Assembly (NCBI GenBank): GCA_965649265.1
Contig: CBFGKC010000004.1
Coordinates: 122,590 to 186,589 of the forward strand
Direction: 5' to 3'
Origin: a candidate division WOR-3 bacterium
GTDB taxonomy: Bacteria > Hydrothermota > Tepidihabitantia > B3-TA06
Length of the DNA: 64,000 nucleotides
Shown here: positions 38,763 to 48,755 of the stretch, in pieces
How the letters are laid out: every line of letters starts with the position of its first letter
How positions within the stretch are numbered: position 1 is the stretch's first letter
Notes under the pieces: generated by a model
Databases searched by the model: none
What the model was told of the DNA's origin: nothing
Seen by the model: only the letters and a program-made list of their open reading frames with translations
Made by a program: the position numbers and the translations under genes

Positions 38763-38803
38763 CCCCACAAAAACGCAAGGCGTTTTTGTGGGGACCCCGA
38801 TTA
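38763..38803 (-). repeat. REP-like element family B
   Basis: Minus strand TAATCGGGGTCCCCAC-AAAAACGC-CTT-GCGTTTTT-GTGGGG. Confidence 0.75.
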
Positions 38804-38964
38804 TCAGACCACTACTTTGGTTACTCCGCAAGAATCGTAACTTCGTATCGAATAGCCGCAGGGACGCCTTGACAACTCCGGATTGGAACCGTAATGTAGA
38901 CTAATATTGACAAGCTGGTAATCGGGAATACTATAAGCGGTAAGGTCATAAGAAAGGAGATTGG

Positions 38965-39459
38965 ATGGACATGAGAAACGATTCACACTGCGGGCTTTAC
39001 TGCGGCAGCTGCCTCGTGATCCTCGGTGCAAAGCGCGGGAAGCTCAAAGCCCTTGCAAGACAGTGGAAGTGCACACCCGAGGACCTCGAATGCAACGGAT
39101 GCAGGTCCGAAAAGGTCACGAAATTCTGTTCGGAATGCACCATTCGCGACTGCGCGAGGGAGAGGGGGGTAGGCTTCTGTATAGAGTGCGGCGATTACCC
39201 CTGTCATCACTACAAGAGGCTGAAAGAGCTTTCAAAGGAGCGTCCGCATCTGAGGCTCCAGCCCGCCGAACTGGAAAGAGTCCGTGCGCTGGGTCCCGAT
39301 CAATGGATGGGGTACCAAAAAAAGCGCTGGACTTGCCCTGAGTGCGGGGAGATGTTTGCCTGGTACGAAGAGAAGTGCTCTAAGTGCGGGGTAAAAGTCC
39401 GATCGAGCGTCGAGGAAGTTCAAGAACACGGTCTCACCGAGTATCCCCTTGACGTGTAG
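38965..39459 (+). CDS. DUF3795 Cys-rich protein
   Basis: CGLYCGSC, C.GC, C.IR.C, C.EC..YPC and a CPECG tail. Confidence 0.85.
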   Translation: MDMRNDSHCGLYCGSCLVILGAKRGKLKALARQWKCTPEDLECNGCRSEKVTKFCSECTIRDCARERGVGFCIECGDYPCHHYKRLKELSKERPHLRLQPAELERVRALGPDQWMGYQKKRWTCPECGEMFAWYEEKCSKCGVKVRSSVEEVQEHGLTEYPLDV

Positions 39460-39471
39460 GAGAGAAGGTTC

Positions 39472-39948
39472 ATGGAAGAACGCTACGATTCAGTATGCGG
39501 CATATACTGCGGAGCGTGTTTCGTGCTCGCGGCCCGCAAAAGGAACGATCTGGAATCAATCGCCCGCATGTGGAATTGCAAGCCTGACCAACTCATTTGC
39601 TACGGGTGCAAATCAGGTCAGGTATCGGACTCGTGCAAGCCATGCGAGATAAGGCCGTGTGCTGAGGCAAAAGGCCACGCGTTCTGCATTGAGTGCGAGG
39701 CTTTCCCCTGTAAACTTACAGGGCTTTTTCACGAAAACAAAAAAGTTAAACCGCATCTAGCCCTGGTTTTTAGAGATCTGGAATCAATAAAGGAGAAAGG
39801 CGTCGCAGTCTGGCTAGATGAGCAGGCTTCTCGCTGGTCATGCAAAAAATGCGGAGCATCCCTTTCGTGGTACGATGAGAAATGCCCTGGGTGCGGAGCA
39901 ACGTTCCGCAATGCCAGGGACGAAGCCGCTGATTTAGGTCTTTTGTAA
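39472..39948 (+). CDS. DUF3795 Cys-rich protein
   Basis: CGIYCGAC with the same Cys pattern. Confidence 0.85.
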   Translation: MEERYDSVCGIYCGACFVLAARKRNDLESIARMWNCKPDQLICYGCKSGQVSDSCKPCEIRPCAEAKGHAFCIECEAFPCKLTGLFHENKKVKPHLALVFRDLESIKEKGVAVWLDEQASRWSCKKCGASLSWYDEKCPGCGATFRNARDEAADLGLL

Positions 39949-40806
39949 ATGATGAAAGTTACCTTTCTCGGGACATCGGCAGCAAATGCTTATCCTGAGG
40001 CGTTCTGCAAGTGCGACAATTGCGTTCGTGCACGTTCGCTCGGAGGGCCGAGCCTCAGAAAACGCTCCTCAATACTCATCAATGACGACTTGCTCGTCGA
40101 TCTCGGGCCCGATATCATGACCGCGTCCCAGATGCATAAGATATCGCTCGTAAATGTTCGCTACTGTCTGCAAACGCATCCGCACGCCGATCACCTCGAC
40201 CTCTCTCACCTTAACTCGCGAAGCCCGGGGTACGGGGTCATTGGCGCTCCATGTCTCGATTTTTACGCATCACCTGAGACCCTCGAGAGGGCAAATGAAA
40301 GCTTCATGCGTGATCTCGGCGATACGGGCCTGCTTGATCCTGAAACTGAGAGGCGTTTGAACTTTAAGATTCATCACGTCGAGCCCTTTGAATCTTTCAC
40401 CTGTGGTATCTATCGAATAACGCCCTTCCAGGCAAACCACGCAGCCGGAATGGGAGCCTTGGTTTATGCCATAGAGTCCAACGGTTCAGTCGTATTCTAC
40501 GGTACTGACACCGCCGCATTGCCCACGCAAACATGGCAAGCGTTTGCTCGCCTGGAGATGAGATTCGATATGACGATACTGGACCACACATACGGACCGC
40601 AGCAGCCCGGTAGCGACCATCTCAGCGCTCACGATGTCATCGAGCATGTCGGGAGGATGCGCAGGGAAGGTTTTCTTAAACCGGGCGCCCGGGTTTTTGC
40701 CACCCATATCGCGCATGAAGGAAATCCGCCTCACCCGGAACTCGAGGCGTTCGCCACGAAGAACGGCTACGAAGTTGCATACGACGGGCTTGTTCTCGAT
40801 ATCTAG
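39949..40806 (+). CDS. MBL-fold metallo-hydrolase (PhnP-like)
   Basis: FLGT...P..FCKC..C; THPHADH; TDT; THIAH; AYDG. Confidence 0.88.
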   Translation: MMKVTFLGTSAANAYPEAFCKCDNCVRARSLGGPSLRKRSSILINDDLLVDLGPDIMTASQMHKISLVNVRYCLQTHPHADHLDLSHLNSRSPGYGVIGAPCLDFYASPETLERANESFMRDLGDTGLLDPETERRLNFKIHHVEPFESFTCGIYRITPFQANHAAGMGALVYAIESNGSVVFYGTDTAALPTQTWQAFARLEMRFDMTILDHTYGPQQPGSDHLSAHDVIEHVGRMRREGFLKPGARVFATHIAHEGNPPHPELEAFATKNGYEVAYDGLVLDI

Positions 40807-40865
40807 TGAGGAAGTGATAACCCTGAGGTTGCCCGTCGGATGATCTTTAAGTAAAAGGAGGAACC

Positions 40866-41342
40866 ATGGATTTCAGATACGATACTTACTGCGGGCTCAA
40901 CTGCGGGGCGTGTCCGGTCCTTGGAGCAAACGAACGCGGTGATGAGGAGTGGTTAAGAAAAGCCGCGGAAGAGGACGAATGCACAATTGACGATCTTCGA
41001 TGTCATGGTTGCAAGACCGACTCTACCGCAATGTACTGCACCGGCTGCGAAATGCGTTTCTGTGCGAAGGACAAGGGGCTTGAGTACTGCAGCGAGTGCA
41101 CCGATTTTCCATGTGAGATAATTACTGACTTCCGCAACGACAGGCATCCCCATCACTCCGCGATATTCAAAAATCTGCGAACCATTCGCGAGAAAGGCCT
41201 CAAGACCTGGTTGGAGGAGGAGAGGGTGCGCTGGTTGTGCCCCGAATGCGGCACGCGATTCTACTGGTATTCACAATACTGCTCCGGCTGCGGCATAGAG
41301 TTGTACAACTCAAGCAAAGAAGAAAAGGACCTTGACATATAG
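40866..41342 (+). CDS. DUF3795 Cys-rich protein
   Basis: CGLNCGAC with the same Cys pattern. Confidence 0.85.
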   Translation: MDFRYDTYCGLNCGACPVLGANERGDEEWLRKAAEEDECTIDDLRCHGCKTDSTAMYCTGCEMRFCAKDKGLEYCSECTDFPCEIITDFRNDRHPHHSAIFKNLRTIREKGLKTWLEEERVRWLCPECGTRFYWYSQYCSGCGIELYNSSKEEKDLDI

Positions 41343-41510
41343 TCAGGGTCTGCTCATCGTTGACTTACCCGTACCGTTTCTGACGAGTTGTGAGCTTTTC
41401 ATCTTGCATATTTCCCTCGCAATAAGCAAAATATTATTGCAACCTGTCAATCCATACTTGACGAGTAGGGTTGTTTTCCTACAATCATATTAAAAACAGG
41501 AGGAACAATA

Positions 41511-42113
41511 ATGAGGTTGAAATTTTTAGTTGGACTCTTACCGATATCGTTTATCTTCCTTTCTTCGCCAATACTGGCGCACAAACCGGTAGAAGACCCG
41601 GGGAATGCGACGTCGGCTGCTTTAGCCGTCATAATAAATGACCCTGATATCTCCCAGGTCATCTATCATGAAGTCAAAAAAGACTCAACGCAGTTGTGGC
41701 TGACTTTCGAAGCGAAGAAAGACTACGAGCTCTACCTGAGCATAGGCGTGCCCGTAATCGAGCGTCTCAAGACCTACAGGCCTGCGCTTGCGCTTATTGG
41801 GCCTGGGTTGCCGGACATCAAGCTTCCTTTTGGAAAACCCTCAGGTCTGGGTGCTTTAGTTTTTTACACCGACTCGGTTGCGACCCCGAAGTTTTTCCAC
41901 GAACCGATAACAGGTACAGACTCCTGGATTCTTCTGGAAAAGCACGTAACGCTTGGTGCAACCGGCCGCTACTACGTTGTAGCATTCTCGCCTGAGATGA
42001 AACCGGGCAAGCTGTGGGTGGCAATCGGCGAGGCTGAGCGCTGGGGATTTGGAGACATATTCAAGCTTCCCTCCATCTCGGCGGAGGTAAGGAAGTTTCA
42101 CGAGGTGAAGTAG
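41511..42113 (+). CDS. Secreted hypothetical protein
   Basis: AGGAGG SD; signal peptide; AH.P at the mature N-terminus; FHEPITGT. Confidence 0.75.
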   Translation: MRLKFLVGLLPISFIFLSSPILAHKPVEDPGNATSAALAVIINDPDISQVIYHEVKKDSTQLWLTFEAKKDYELYLSIGVPVIERLKTYRPALALIGPGLPDIKLPFGKPSGLGALVFYTDSVATPKFFHEPITGTDSWILLEKHVTLGATGRYYVVAFSPEMKPGKLWVAIGEAERWGFGDIFKLPSISAEVRKFHEVK

Positions 42114-42213
42114 ATGAATCCTTAGAAATCGAACCGTTGAACCGGTTCTTTCCTTATGGTCTATCCACAATAACACAACTTGACACATCAAGGCTTTAGA
42201 GTAAATTTCATGG

Positions 42214-43182
42214 ATGGCCATCGTGGAAGCAAAAAAACTCATGAAGCGATTTGAGACCACAACTGCAGTCGAGGATTTATCCATAACGGTCGAGAAGGGT
42301 GAAGTGCTTGGATTCCTCGGTCCCAACGGCGCAGGGAAGACGACTACCATCAGGATGCTTGCAGGAATTATCGCGCCGACCTCAGGATCAGCCACGGTTG
42401 CTGGAATCAACGTCCAAGCAGGCGTTGGACTCCTTCACGAACGCATCGGTCTCCTGACCGAATCGCCCGGCTTCTATGAAAAGCTTTCAGCGCTCGAAAA
42501 CCTTCGTTTCTTCGCGCGATTCTATCCCGAAATCCATATTGAGAAACAAGTAACAAAATATCTCGAGCTTATGGGGCTCTCTGAACGTGCCAAGGACAGA
42601 GTATCGAGCTTTTCAAAGGGAATGAAGCAGCGCCTTGCCCTGGCTCGCGTGCTCATTCATGAACCGGAGGTGATTTTTCTCGACGAGCCTACTGCCGGTC
42701 TTGATCCCGAAGCGGCGCGTGAAGTTCGCGGCCTTATCCATAATCTAAAATCTCAGGGACGCACAATATTTCTTTGCACTCATAATCTCGAAGAAGCCGA
42801 GGAGCTTTCCGACCGCATCGCGCTTTTCAAGACGCGTCTTGTTGCAGCAGATACCGCGAATAATCTCAGGCAGAGGCTTTTCCAAAGGCAGATCATTGTC
42901 GAGCTTGCCGGTTTTGATCCCGGGGTCGCTGACGCAATCGGAAAACTCGGATTCGTAAAGAATGTATCGACCGAACAAACAAGACTCATAGTCGAACTCG
43001 AGGATTTCGATAAGAACAGGTCAGTACTCATCGAAGAAATAGTGAAATCGGGCGGGAAGATCGCCAGCGTCTATGAGAGCGAGCATTCCCTTGAGGATGT
43101 ATACTTCACGCTTCTCAATGAACCGGAGAAATCCCCGCGAAGCGGTCACGACAAGAAGAGGCGTCATGAAAGCCAGGTCTAA
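42214..43182 (+). CDS. ABC-2 transporter ATP-binding protein
   Basis: GPNGAGKT; FSKGMKQR; LDEPT. Confidence 0.95.
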   Translation: MAIVEAKKLMKRFETTTAVEDLSITVEKGEVLGFLGPNGAGKTTTIRMLAGIIAPTSGSATVAGINVQAGVGLLHERIGLLTESPGFYEKLSALENLRFFARFYPEIHIEKQVTKYLELMGLSERAKDRVSSFSKGMKQRLALARVLIHEPEVIFLDEPTAGLDPEAAREVRGLIHNLKSQGRTIFLCTHNLEEAEELSDRIALFKTRLVAADTANNLRQRLFQRQIIVELAGFDPGVADAIGKLGFVKNVSTEQTRLIVELEDFDKNRSVLIEEIVKSGGKIASVYESEHSLEDVYFTLLNEPEKSPRSGHDKKRRHESQV

Positions 43183-43987
43183 TCGTAACATTGGCAACGT
43201 CATTCAAAACGAGTGGCGGAACGCATTCGCGAGTGTCAACACCGTCCTTTTCATGACGCTCTTTCCCGTTCTCATACTCGCTCAGATGTTTGTTATTATC
43301 TGGCTCGTTTCGAGGTTCGTCAGCCCAAATGTGCTTTCGGGAACCATACTCTCCCAGGGGCTCGCCAAGATTCAGGCGATAATGCCACAGATATCCTCCC
43401 TTCCCCCCGTAGACAAATTCAAGGTTTTCTTCTACATGCAGATACCCGTATACATCCTGCTCGTCCCGGCGATGATAGCAAACGGGCTTGCCACCTTCTC
43501 CATTGTCGAGGAGAAGCAAACGGGTACCATTGAGCCGCTTTTGGCAACGCCCGTTAAAACGTGGGAGTTGCTCCTGGCAAAGGCGCTATCGGGAACCATA
43601 CCTGCCGTCATAGTAACGTGGTTTTGCGCAGGGCTCTCGATACTCGGGGTCGCAATCATCGGGCCCTCCTCCCTCGTCAGCTACCTTTTGACGCCTGCAT
43701 GGCTTGTTTCACTCCTCCTCGTCGTGCCTGCAATCACGCTCATGAGCTTCCTTCTGGGCGTCATCGGTTCCGCGCGCGCAAAGGACGCCCGCAGCGCGCA
43801 GCAGCTGGCCGTAATCATCGTTTTTCCTATTTTCGGACTCGTAGTAATCCAGCTTCTGGGCGTGATTGCCTACTCGCCCCTTGTCCTAATCCTGCTCGGC
43901 GTTTTGATCTTGCTTCTCGACCTGCTTACTCTCCGCATGGCCGTTAAGCTTTTCCGTCGCGAGTCTATCGTTTCAAAATGGAAATAA
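43166..43987 (+). CDS. ABC-2 transporter permease
   Basis: SIVEEKQTGTIEPLLATPV...LLAK; 6 TM helices; start at ATG 43166. Confidence 0.9.
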   Translation: MKARSNRNIGNVIQNEWRNAFASVNTVLFMTLFPVLILAQMFVIIWLVSRFVSPNVLSGTILSQGLAKIQAIMPQISSLPPVDKFKVFFYMQIPVYILLVPAMIANGLATFSIVEEKQTGTIEPLLATPVKTWELLLAKALSGTIPAVIVTWFCAGLSILGVAIIGPSSLVSYLLTPAWLVSLLLVVPAITLMSFLLGVIGSARAKDARSAQQLAVIIVFPIFGLVVIQLLGVIAYSPLVLILLGVLILLLDLLTLRMAVKLFRRESIVSKWK

Positions 43988-44138
43988 AAAAATCCCAACA
44001 AAAATACTCAATATTTTTGTTGGGTACCTATATTTCTTAATAAATACCCCTAAACAAATTTCCTATCAAACCTAATAGACGGGATACCTTAAATCCGCGC
44101 CCTCCGAACTTTTCACCGTAGGTGAAAAAGAGGATTTA

Positions 44139-44225
44139 TAATCGGGGTCCCCACACGTTTGCACAGCAAACGCGTGGGGTGGTTAATCAGGGTCCCCACG
44201 AAGAGACGTAGTATCTTTGTGGGGT
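44139..44225 (+). repeat. Two tandem REP-like family B elements next to the tRNA 3' end
   Basis: TAATCGGGGTCCCCAC...GTGGGGT (44139-44180) and TAATCAGGGTCCCCAC...GTGGGGT (44184-44225). Confidence 0.75.
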
Positions 44226-44231
44226 AAAAAG

Positions 44232-44307
44232 TCGGGGAGAGAGGATTTGAACCTCCGATCTCCTGGTCCCAAACCAGGCGCGTTGAACCGGGCTACGCTA
44301 CTCCCCG
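44232..44307 (-). tRNA. tRNA-Pro(UGG), CCA not encoded
   Basis: Minus strand CGGGGAG acceptor; CCTGG-TTTGGGA-CCAGG anticodon arm; GGTTCAAATCC T-arm. Confidence 0.95.
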
Positions 44308-44431
44308 ACCGTAACACACACCACATTGACGATAGTGTGTATACCGGCTAATTATAAGCGGGGTATCCATGGAGTCAACAATAATATTGAGGGCGAGAAT
44401 CTTTTAAACTTGCAAATGGAGTTTGAAATCC

Positions 44432-44459
44432 TTGACATATGAATATATGTTCATATAAT
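44432..44459 (+). promoter_or_regulatory. ars promoter with overlapping ArsR-type operator
   Basis: TTGACA-N16-TATAAT; palindrome ATATGAA-TATATG-TTCATAT at 44437-44456. Confidence 0.8.
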
Positions 44460-44465
44460 CAATTA

Positions 44466-44825
44466 ATGCAAGACATCATCAAGCATCTGAAAGCGCTTTC
44501 AGATCCAACTCGCCTGCGCATAATGCTTCTTCTTGTGAAGGAGGAATTGTGCGTTTGTGAACTTGAGACAGTTCTTGCCGTGGAGCAGTCACGACTTTCT
44601 CATGCACTCCGGGCGCTCTCGAACGCAGGGCTTATTGAAGAACGCCGGGAGGGTCGCTGGATATTCTACAAGGGCTCGGCAAATATTTCCCATACTCTCA
44701 TGGCATATATCGAGGATTCGATGCGTGGAAACTCTGACCTTTCAAAGGATCGCAGAAACGCCAGGAAGCTTATCGAATCGGCAAAACCCTCGGGCAGGCG
44801 CTGCCCGCTCCGTGAGAAGTCCTGA
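44466..44825 (+). CDS. arsR: ArsR/SmtB family repressor
   Basis: KALSDPTRLRI; ELCVCEL; SHAL; RREG.W. Confidence 0.9.
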   Translation: MQDIIKHLKALSDPTRLRIMLLLVKEELCVCELETVLAVEQSRLSHALRALSNAGLIEERREGRWIFYKGSANISHTLMAYIEDSMRGNSDLSKDRRNARKLIESAKPSGRRCPLREKS

Positions 44826-45916
44826 TGCAGTTCGTCTGGCAATTGATAAGGAGCGGGTTGCTTGCACTGCTCGAATACCTCTCCGCTCATGTGCTTACCT
44901 GTCTCGTTCCGGCGTTCTTTATAGCGGGAGCAATCGCCGTTTTCCTGTCTCAGAAAGCGGTCCTCAAGTACTTCGGGCCCAAGGCGCCCAAGGTGCTATC
45001 CTACGGAGTGGCATCAGTCTCAGGAACCATACTTGCGGTCTGTTCGTGTACGGTCCTGCCTCTGTTTGGTGGAATCTATAAGAGGGGCGCAGGAATAGGA
45101 CCTGCGACGGCATTTCTCTACTCAGGACCTGCGATAAATGTCCTGGCAATAGTCTTTTCCGCAAGACTCTTAGGCTGGGATTTAGGCATTGCCCGTGTCA
45201 TTGGGGCAGTTTTGTTTTCAGTTATCATCGGGCTCTTAATGGCCGCAATATGGCAGCGCCGTGAACCCCCTCCCCCCGATGAGAACGCCTTCGACTTCGA
45301 CAAGGAGGAACATTCCAGACCTCTCTGGAAGACGGCTATGTTTTTTCTCTCCCTTGTTCTTCTCCTTGTGCTTGCAGCCGGTCAGGGCTGGGTTCAAAAA
45401 CTCATCGGTTTGCCTGCTCCTCTCGGGTACTGGCTCGCCTGGATACCTGCGGCTCTCTCCCTCGGAAGCGTGATCGTCATGACGATTCTGTGGTTCTCAA
45501 GGGAAGAGATCAAACACTGGATGCTCGAGACGTGGCGTTTCGTAAAGCTCATTTTCCCCTGGCTTCTCGGAGGGGTCTTCGTGGCGGGAATGCTGAAGTT
45601 TCTTGTTCCGGACACCTGGATAGCTTCTCTTGTCGGCGGGAATGGAATCTTCGCTAATCTAATAGCGTCTGTGTTCGGCGCGCTCATGTATTTCGCAACA
45701 CTTACCGAGGTGCCCATCCTCAAGGCTTTCCTCCAGATGGGTATGGGGAAGGGACCAGCGCTTGCGCTTCTTTTGGCAGGTCCTGCACTCTCGCTTCCGA
45801 GCATGATCACTATCGGCAAGATAATGGGCTGGAAACGGACCCTGACATACGTCGGACTGGTCGTCGTTATGGCTACATTGACCGGATGGCTTTTTGGAGC
45901 CATCGCTAAATCTTAA
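44825..45916 (+). CDS. arsP: ArsP-like (DUF318) permease
   Basis: HVLTCLVPAFFIAGAI; LAVCSCTVLPLF; YFATLTEVP; GPALSLP. Confidence 0.85.
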   Translation: MQFVWQLIRSGLLALLEYLSAHVLTCLVPAFFIAGAIAVFLSQKAVLKYFGPKAPKVLSYGVASVSGTILAVCSCTVLPLFGGIYKRGAGIGPATAFLYSGPAINVLAIVFSARLLGWDLGIARVIGAVLFSVIIGLLMAAIWQRREPPPPDENAFDFDKEEHSRPLWKTAMFFLSLVLLLVLAAGQGWVQKLIGLPAPLGYWLAWIPAALSLGSVIVMTILWFSREEIKHWMLETWRFVKLIFPWLLGGVFVAGMLKFLVPDTWIASLVGGNGIFANLIASVFGALMYFATLTEVPILKAFLQMGMGKGPALALLLAGPALSLPSMITIGKIMGWKRTLTYVGLVVVMATLTGWLFGAIAKS

Positions 45917-45935
45917 AAACAAGGAGAGAGGAGAG

Positions 45936-46508
45936 ATGAATAAGAAAACATTGATTATCCTTGTCATCGTTCTTGTCGCGCTGGCATGCGCCGTGACAGG
46001 AATAATCCTGATTAAGAAGAATCAGAACAGCCCTGGAAATGTGGCTATCCCGGACACCCTAGTCAAGGATACCGTCCCTGTCATTTCAAAGGATACGAAT
46101 TTCACAATAGACACACCACAAGTAAAGAAAGATACCATTCGCCCCAAACCGCAAGTTCCGCATAAGGATTCATCCTCCGGTAAAGTGGTTGAGCCAACCG
46201 CTTCCGATCCGATCAGCCGCGCAATAGCAACCGGTCGTCCCGTTCTTGTTGATTTCGGAAGGGGGACCTGTGTCCCGTGCAAGAAGATGGCGCCGATACT
46301 GGAAGAGCTCAAGCAAGAGTATGCAGGAAGAGCGGAAGTACTCGTACTTGACCTTGATGAGTATTACGAACTTGCTCGCAAGGTGGGCATCAAGATGATA
46401 CCGACCCAGATATTTTATGACATCGGCGGCAATGAGGTAGCGCGGCACATAGGTTTTATGGAGAAGGATTCGATAATCGCTCAATTCGCGAGGATGGGTG
46501 TAAAGTAG
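45936..46508 (+). CDS. Membrane-anchored thioredoxin family protein
   Basis: N-terminal TM helix; DFGRGTCVPCK; IPTQ. Confidence 0.88.
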   Translation: MNKKTLIILVIVLVALACAVTGIILIKKNQNSPGNVAIPDTLVKDTVPVISKDTNFTIDTPQVKKDTIRPKPQVPHKDSSSGKVVEPTASDPISRAIATGRPVLVDFGRGTCVPCKKMAPILEELKQEYAGRAEVLVLDLDEYYELARKVGIKMIPTQIFYDIGGNEVARHIGFMEKDSIIAQFARMGVK

Positions 46509-47198
46509 GTGAGTGGGTTCCTTGCGAACGTGGGCCAGTGGATATCTGATGCTCCTGCGCTCGCGTTTCTGGGTGTTTTCATCGCTGGGATAATCTCATC
46601 GACCAGTCCCTGCGTGATAGCGCTCATCCCTCTCTCTATCGGCTATGTCGGCGGGTACGCCGGGGGCTCGACTCGGAAGGCTGTGATCTTCAGCCTCATG
46701 TTCGTGCTCGGTCTGACGCTTACCTTCGTGGCTCTGGGCGGCATTGCCGCCTACCTGGGCGGAGTCTTCGGCCTCAGAGGGAAGTTCTGGTACTTCATCC
46801 TTGCCGGATTAGCATTTCTGGTCGGTCTGAATCTTGTCGGGCTTCTCAAGTTCGAACTGCCCTGGCTTAAGCGCATCCAGGTCAAAAAGCGCGGCCTCTG
46901 GGGCGCGCTCCTTCTTGGCCTCGTATTCGGTATCGCATCCTCACCCTGCGCGGCGCCCGTGCTCGCAATCATCCTTGCTTTCGCCGCAACGTCCAAAAAC
47001 ATACCGTACGGCATGGGGCTTCTCCTGACGTACGCCGTAGGTCACTGGGTGCTCGTGTTCGTGGCCGGTATCTCCACCGCCTTCGCCCAGAAACTGATCT
47101 CCTCGGAAAAGACCGAAAAGGTCAACCGCATCGTGAAACTCGTTGCAGGCATACTGCTCTTCGGGGTGGGGCTTTACTTTGTTTACCTGGGAGTGTAA
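46509..47198 (+). CDS. ccdA: CcdA / DsbD-type disulfide interchange membrane protein
   Basis: SPCV and SPCAAP motifs; 6 TM helices. Confidence 0.88.
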   Translation: MSGFLANVGQWISDAPALAFLGVFIAGIISSTSPCVIALIPLSIGYVGGYAGGSTRKAVIFSLMFVLGLTLTFVALGGIAAYLGGVFGLRGKFWYFILAGLAFLVGLNLVGLLKFELPWLKRIQVKKRGLWGALLLGLVFGIASSPCAAPVLAIILAFAATSKNIPYGMGLLLTYAVGHWVLVFVAGISTAFAQKLISSEKTEKVNRIVKLVAGILLFGVGLYFVYLGV

Positions 47199-47267
47199 CT
47201 GGATGCTCCTTTTGTCTTAGGACAAAAGATCGCAGGCGAAAGGAGAATCGATAAAAAGGAGTCGATC

Positions 47268-47510
47268 ATGCTCAAGATAGAGGTTTTCGGCGCAGGCTGC
47301 CCGAAGTGCAAAAAAACTGAGGAACTTTTCATGAAAGCTCTTACAGAGATGAAAATTGCAGCCGATCTGCGGCACGTCAAAGACATGAACGAGATGATCA
47401 ATCGCGGCGTGATGTTCACGCCTGCGGTGTTCATCAACGATAAAAAGGTGCTCGAAGGCAGGGTGCCGACCGAAGCAGAGGTAGAGAAGCTTATTAAAGA
47501 AGCGCAGTAA
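47268..47510 (+). CDS. Small redox-active disulfide protein (thioredoxin-like)
   Basis: G.GCPKC; GVM.TPA; G.VP. Confidence 0.9.
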   Translation: MLKIEVFGAGCPKCKKTEELFMKALTEMKIAADLRHVKDMNEMINRGVMFTPAVFINDKKVLEGRVPTEAEVEKLIKEAQ

Positions 47511-47531
47511 AAAAAGGAAAAAGAAGGCACT

Positions 47532-48731
47532 ATGAGCGTCCCCGATAAAGTGCAAAACAAGGGAAAAGGTCTGGGGTTCTTCGAACGCTACCTGACCCTT
47601 TGGGTTCTCCTCTGCATCGGCGCCGGGATCGGTCTCGGCAAGCTCGCGCCGGGCGTCGCTCGCTTCCTCGACGGTCTTTCCATAAACGTCAACGCCGCGC
47701 CCGTCATATCTATTCCCATTGCCGTGTGTCTTTTCTTCATGATGTATCCTATCATGGTCAAGATCGACTTCACCGAGGTCCTCAAGGCTGGCAAAAGCAT
47801 CAAGCCGGTCACGCTCACGCTCGTTTTGAACTGGGCAATAAAACCCTTTACGATGTACGCGATTGCCGTGCTCTTTCTCGGCGTCCTCTTTCGCGGACTC
47901 ATCGGACCTGACGCGCTCGACTACGTCAAGATGCCCCTCGGTCGCGATCTGGCGGTCGGTGCGGCATACGGCGCGGGCAAGGTCGTTCTCGTGAACGGGC
48001 TCAAGATGCTTGCCGTTCCCCTGTGGCGAAGTTATCTGGCCGGCGCGGTCCTTCTCGGAATCGCGCCCTGCACGGCGATGGTGCTCGTGTGGGGATACCT
48101 TGCGCGCGGCAATGACGGCCACACGCTCGTGATGGTCGCAATCAACTCGCTATCCATGCTCGTGCTCTACGGCCCTCTCGGCGGGTTCCTTCTGGGCGTC
48201 GGACGACTGCCGGTTCCGTGGCAGGCCCTCCTCCTCTCCATAGGCATATACGTCGCGCTGCCCCTTGTCGCCGGTTACTTCTCGCGGCGCTGGATAATCA
48301 AGGCAAAGGGCATAGATTGGTTCAAGACTCGCTTCCTGCCCCTTCTCACGCCCGTAACCATCACCGCCCTGCTTGCAACGCTCGTTCTCCTGTTCAGCTT
48401 CAAGGGAGACGTCATCATCTCCAACCCGCTGACTATCCTCTGGATAGCCATACCCCTCTTCATCCAGACCAACCTCATCTTCTGGCTGGGCTATGCCGGG
48501 GCGAAGCTGCTCAAGCTCTCATACGAGGATGCGGCGCCCTCGGCCATGATAGGCGCGTCCAACCATTTCGAGGTGGCAATCGCCACCGCGACCATGCTCT
48601 TCGGGCTCTCATCCGGGGCGGCACTTGCCACGGTCGTGGGTGTCCTCATCGAGGTTCCTGTCATGCTCATGCTCGTGAAGATATGCCTTGCGACCAGGCA
48701 CTGGTTCGCGAAGAAAACCTCACCTCGTTAG
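47532..48731 (+). CDS. acr3: Acr3 family arsenite efflux pump
   Basis: FERYLTLWV; MMYP; APCTAMV; SNHFEVAIA; GVLIEVP. Confidence 0.95.
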   Translation: MSVPDKVQNKGKGLGFFERYLTLWVLLCIGAGIGLGKLAPGVARFLDGLSINVNAAPVISIPIAVCLFFMMYPIMVKIDFTEVLKAGKSIKPVTLTLVLNWAIKPFTMYAIAVLFLGVLFRGLIGPDALDYVKMPLGRDLAVGAAYGAGKVVLVNGLKMLAVPLWRSYLAGAVLLGIAPCTAMVLVWGYLARGNDGHTLVMVAINSLSMLVLYGPLGGFLLGVGRLPVPWQALLLSIGIYVALPLVAGYFSRRWIIKAKGIDWFKTRFLPLLTPVTITALLATLVLLFSFKGDVIISNPLTILWIAIPLFIQTNLIFWLGYAGAKLLKLSYEDAAPSAMIGASNHFEVAIATATMLFGLSSGAALATVVGVLIEVPVMLMLVKICLATRHWFAKKTSPR

Positions 48732-48755
48732 ATCAGGAAAAAGTTGAGGAGGGTG

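Noticed and set aside
44232-44307. tRNA-Pro as an island attachment site
   Set aside because: I saw no duplicated tRNA 3' fragment and no integrase in the window.
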